Below are positions 29,599 to 32,000 of a DNA stretch of 32,000 bases, in pieces. The DNA comes from Candidatus Saccharimonadota bacterium (lineage in GTDB: Bacteria > Pseudomonadota > Gammaproteobacteria > Enterobacterales > Enterobacteriaceae). The stretch spans positions 180,001 to 212,000 of the forward strand of contig NC_008513.1 of assembly GCF_000090965.1 (NCBI RefSeq), in the 5' to 3' direction. The notes under the pieces are model-generated. The model was given only the letters and a program-made list of their open reading frames with translations, did not search any database and was not told the origin of the DNA. Each line of letters starts with the position of its first letter. Position 1 is the stretch's first letter. The position numbers and the translations under genes were made by a program.

Positions 29599-31650
29599 TT
29601 ATTTATTTTTATTAATAATTTTTTTTAAAAAATTTTTAATCCAATATAATAACTCTTTGTCATTTGAAAATTTTTTATAATAATATATTTTATATTTTAA
29701 TATTTTCCAATAAAAAAGATTTCTAATGATTTTTTTATATAACCATTGTATATTTAAAATATTTTTTTTTGAAAAAATTAAACATATTTTTTTAATATGA
29801 AAAAAAATTTTTTTAATACCAATTTTTTTAGAAAGAATTTTTATTTGTGTTAATAAAAATAAATTTTTTGTATATTTTGGTAATTTTCCAAATATATTAA
29901 ACATTGCATGTTTTATTTTTTTTAGTTTTTTGTTTTTCTTAACAGATGATATTTTTTTATAATACATTAATCTTATATTAATATCTTTAATATAGTTATT
30001 TGGTAGTATTGCAGATACATTTAATTGAATATCAATATTTTGATTAAAATTTTTTATTTCATTAATTGTTTGTAAATTTTTTTTTTGCTTTATTTTTAAA
30101 ATTGATTCTTTAAGAAATTTTTTATATAGTTTAAAACCAATTGTTTTAATATGACCGCTTTGATTTGTTCCTAATAATTCACCAACTCCTCTTATTTCTA
30201 GATCATGTTTTGATAATATTAAACCAGATCCTAAATCTGTATAATTTTTTATTATATTTAATCGTTTTTTTGCTTTTTTATTAATTTTATTTAAATTTGG
30301 TATTAAAAAAAATGCATATGCTTGTCTTTTAGAACGACCTATTCTACCACGTAATTGATGTAATTGTGATAATCCAAATTTATCAGCATTTTCTATAATC
30401 ATAGTATTAACATTACTAATATTTATTTCAGTATCTATAATTGTAGTACAGATTAAAATATCAAATTTTTTATTAAAAAAATCATACATAATTTTATATA
30501 AATCTTTACTATTCATTTTTCCATGACTAATTTCAATACGAGCTTCTGGGATTAAATATAATAAATATTTTTTTTTTTCTTCTATATTTTTAACTCTATT
30601 AAATAAATAATATACTTGTCCTTTTCTTTTTAATTCTCTTAATATTACTTTTCGTATAATTTTAGGATGAAAATTTTTGATAAATGTTTTTATTTTTAAA
30701 CGTTTTTTTGGCGGAGTAGATATAATAGATAAATCTTTGATTCCAAGAATAGACATATTTAATGTTCTAGGAATCGGTGTAGCTGTTAAAGTAAGTATAT
30801 CAATATTAATATATAATTTTTTTATTTTTTCTTTATGAAATACACCAAAACGATGTTCTTCATCAATAATTAATAATCCTAAATTTTTCCAAATTAAATA
30901 TTTTGATAAAATTTTATGTGTACCAATAAGAATATTTATTTTTCCATTTTTGATTTTTTTTTTAATTATTTTTTCTTTTTTACTTGATGTAAAACGTGAA
31001 TATACATTAATTTTATACTTATACTCAGAAAATCGATTTTTAAATGTATTATAATGTTGTTGAGCTAATAAAGTCGTTGGAACAAGAATAGCAACTTGTT
31101 TTTTATTATCTAAAGCTATAAAAGTAGCTCTCATAGCTATTTCAGTTTTTCCAAATCCTACATCTCCACATAATAAACGATCCATAGGAACTGATTTTTT
31201 CATATCTTGTATAATTTCTTTTATAGAGTTTTTTTGATCAAGTGTTATATGATACAAACACTTATTACAAAAATTTTTGTATTTCAAAATATTTTTTTTA
31301 AAGGAAAATCCTTTTCTACAATATCGATGTGCTTTAATATCAATTAATTCAACAGCTGCATCATAAATTTTTTTTTTTACTTTTTTACATGTTTCTAACC
31401 ATGTTTTAGTTCCTAAAGTATTTAAAGATATTTTTGAAGTATTTGAAGTTTTATAAATATTTATTAAATTAAGAGATGTAATAGGTACGTAAAGTTTAAC
31501 TTTATTTGCATACATGATTACAAAATAATCTGTTAATTTTCCTTTATTTTTTAATGTACATAAATCAATATATCTACCAATGCCGTATTGAGTATGAATT
31601 ACAAGTTGATTTTTTTGAAATGTTTTTTTTTTTGTGTTTTTTTTTTTCAT
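29599..31650 (-). CDS. mfd: Transcription-repair coupling factor Mfd, N-terminally truncated form (683 aa; RID + translocase + C-terminal domain only)
   Basis: The protein starts at ..QLVIHTQYGIGRYIDL..TDYFVIMYANKVKLYVPITSLNLI (E. coli ~aa 480: PVVHLEHGVGRYAGM..GEYLMLTYANDAKLYVPVSSLHLI). Then follow MDRLLCGDVGFGKTEIAMRA (Walker A), LIIDEEHRFGV (DEEH box), QLHQLRGRIGRS and LEIRGVGELLGTNQSGHI (TRG motif). Nothing corresponds to the ~470-aa UvrB-homology N-terminal module. Confidence 0.9.
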   Translation of the reverse strand: MKKKNTKKKTFQKNQLVIHTQYGIGRYIDLCTLKNKGKLTDYFVIMYANKVKLYVPITSLNLINIYKTSNTSKISLNTLGTKTWLETCKKVKKKIYDAAVELIDIKAHRYCRKGFSFKKNILKYKNFCNKCLYHITLDQKNSIKEIIQDMKKSVPMDRLLCGDVGFGKTEIAMRATFIALDNKKQVAILVPTTLLAQQHYNTFKNRFSEYKYKINVYSRFTSSKKEKIIKKKIKNGKINILIGTHKILSKYLIWKNLGLLIIDEEHRFGVFHKEKIKKLYINIDILTLTATPIPRTLNMSILGIKDLSIISTPPKKRLKIKTFIKNFHPKIIRKVILRELKRKGQVYYLFNRVKNIEEKKKYLLYLIPEARIEISHGKMNSKDLYKIMYDFFNKKFDILICTTIIDTEINISNVNTMIIENADKFGLSQLHQLRGRIGRSKRQAYAFFLIPNLNKINKKAKKRLNIIKNYTDLGSGLILSKHDLEIRGVGELLGTNQSGHIKTIGFKLYKKFLKESILKIKQKKNLQTINEIKNFNQNIDIQLNVSAILPNNYIKDINIRLMYYKKISSVKKNKKLKKIKHAMFNIFGKLPKYTKNLFLLTQIKILSKKIGIKKIFFHIKKICLIFSKKNILNIQWLYKKIIRNLFYWKILKYKIYYYKKFSNDKELLYWIKNFLKKIINKNK

Positions 31651-32000
31651 TAAAAAAATTTATTCCGATTCATTATATATAATAAATATATAGTTGATAT
31701 AAAAAGATATTATTATTTTTACTTAAAAAGAACAATATTCTTATTTTTATTTGTATAAAATTAAATTAGTTTATATTTTTATTAGATAATTCTATAATAT
31801 TAAAATTTAATTAAATATTTATATTTTTAAAAAATAAATAATTTATATTAAAAAATTATAATATATAATTATTATTGAGAATAATTCTTTAATCATTTAA
31901 AATATACTAAATTTTTTAAAAAAGTATTTTATAAATATCTAAATTTATTTTTTTATTAAAAATAAATTATTTATTTAAAAATTAAATAATTAATAAAAAT

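Noticed and set aside
31651-32000. Possible remnant of the missing mfd N-terminal coding region upstream of the truncated gene
   Set aside because: No open frame or recognisable residue pattern is visible on the minus strand. The region is indistinguishable from other AT-rich spacers, so it is not called as a pseudogene fragment.

Overview
This window is extremely AT-rich, with GC-normal sequence confined to the rRNA and tRNA genes. Its gene content and order match a highly reduced gammaproteobacterial insect endosymbiont. flhA-argS-rrs linkage, 16S unlinked from 23S/5S and E. coli-like microsynteny with many genes deleted all fit Buchnera aphidicola. The very low GC and the missing trp genes suggest a Lachninae/Cinara-type lineage, but that is inference, not a database result.

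On the + strand the content runs: flhA (3' part), argS(-), a 16S rRNA with leader boxA and a long-range processing stem, tRNA-Ile(GAT), tRNA-Ala(TGC), dnaQ, tRNA-Asp(GTC), grpE, smpB, tadA. Next comes the minus-strand cluster lepA-lepB-rnc-era-acpS, then mnmA, fabI, rnb, lipB, lipA, sppA(-), yciA(-), yciC(-), rluB, suhB(-), rlmN, hisS, glyA, pgl(-) and mfd(-).

I see no mobile elements, CRISPR arrays, defence islands or unexplained multi-gene systems. All long ORFs are recognisable housekeeping genes.

The points worth a second look are signatures of genome erosion:
- smpB and rluB are each split by a frameshift exactly inside a long poly(A) tract (A12 and A13). Both are otherwise intact, and adding one A restores either frame, so they are candidates for rescue by transcriptional slippage.
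- SuhB has all three metal-binding Asp residues of the inositol monophosphatase motifs changed to Asn.
- Mfd is truncated and starts precisely at the RNAP-interaction domain.
- An 18-bp perfect stem brackets the 16S gene.
- All three tRNA genes lack an encoded CCA.
- Several deletion junctions are visible.
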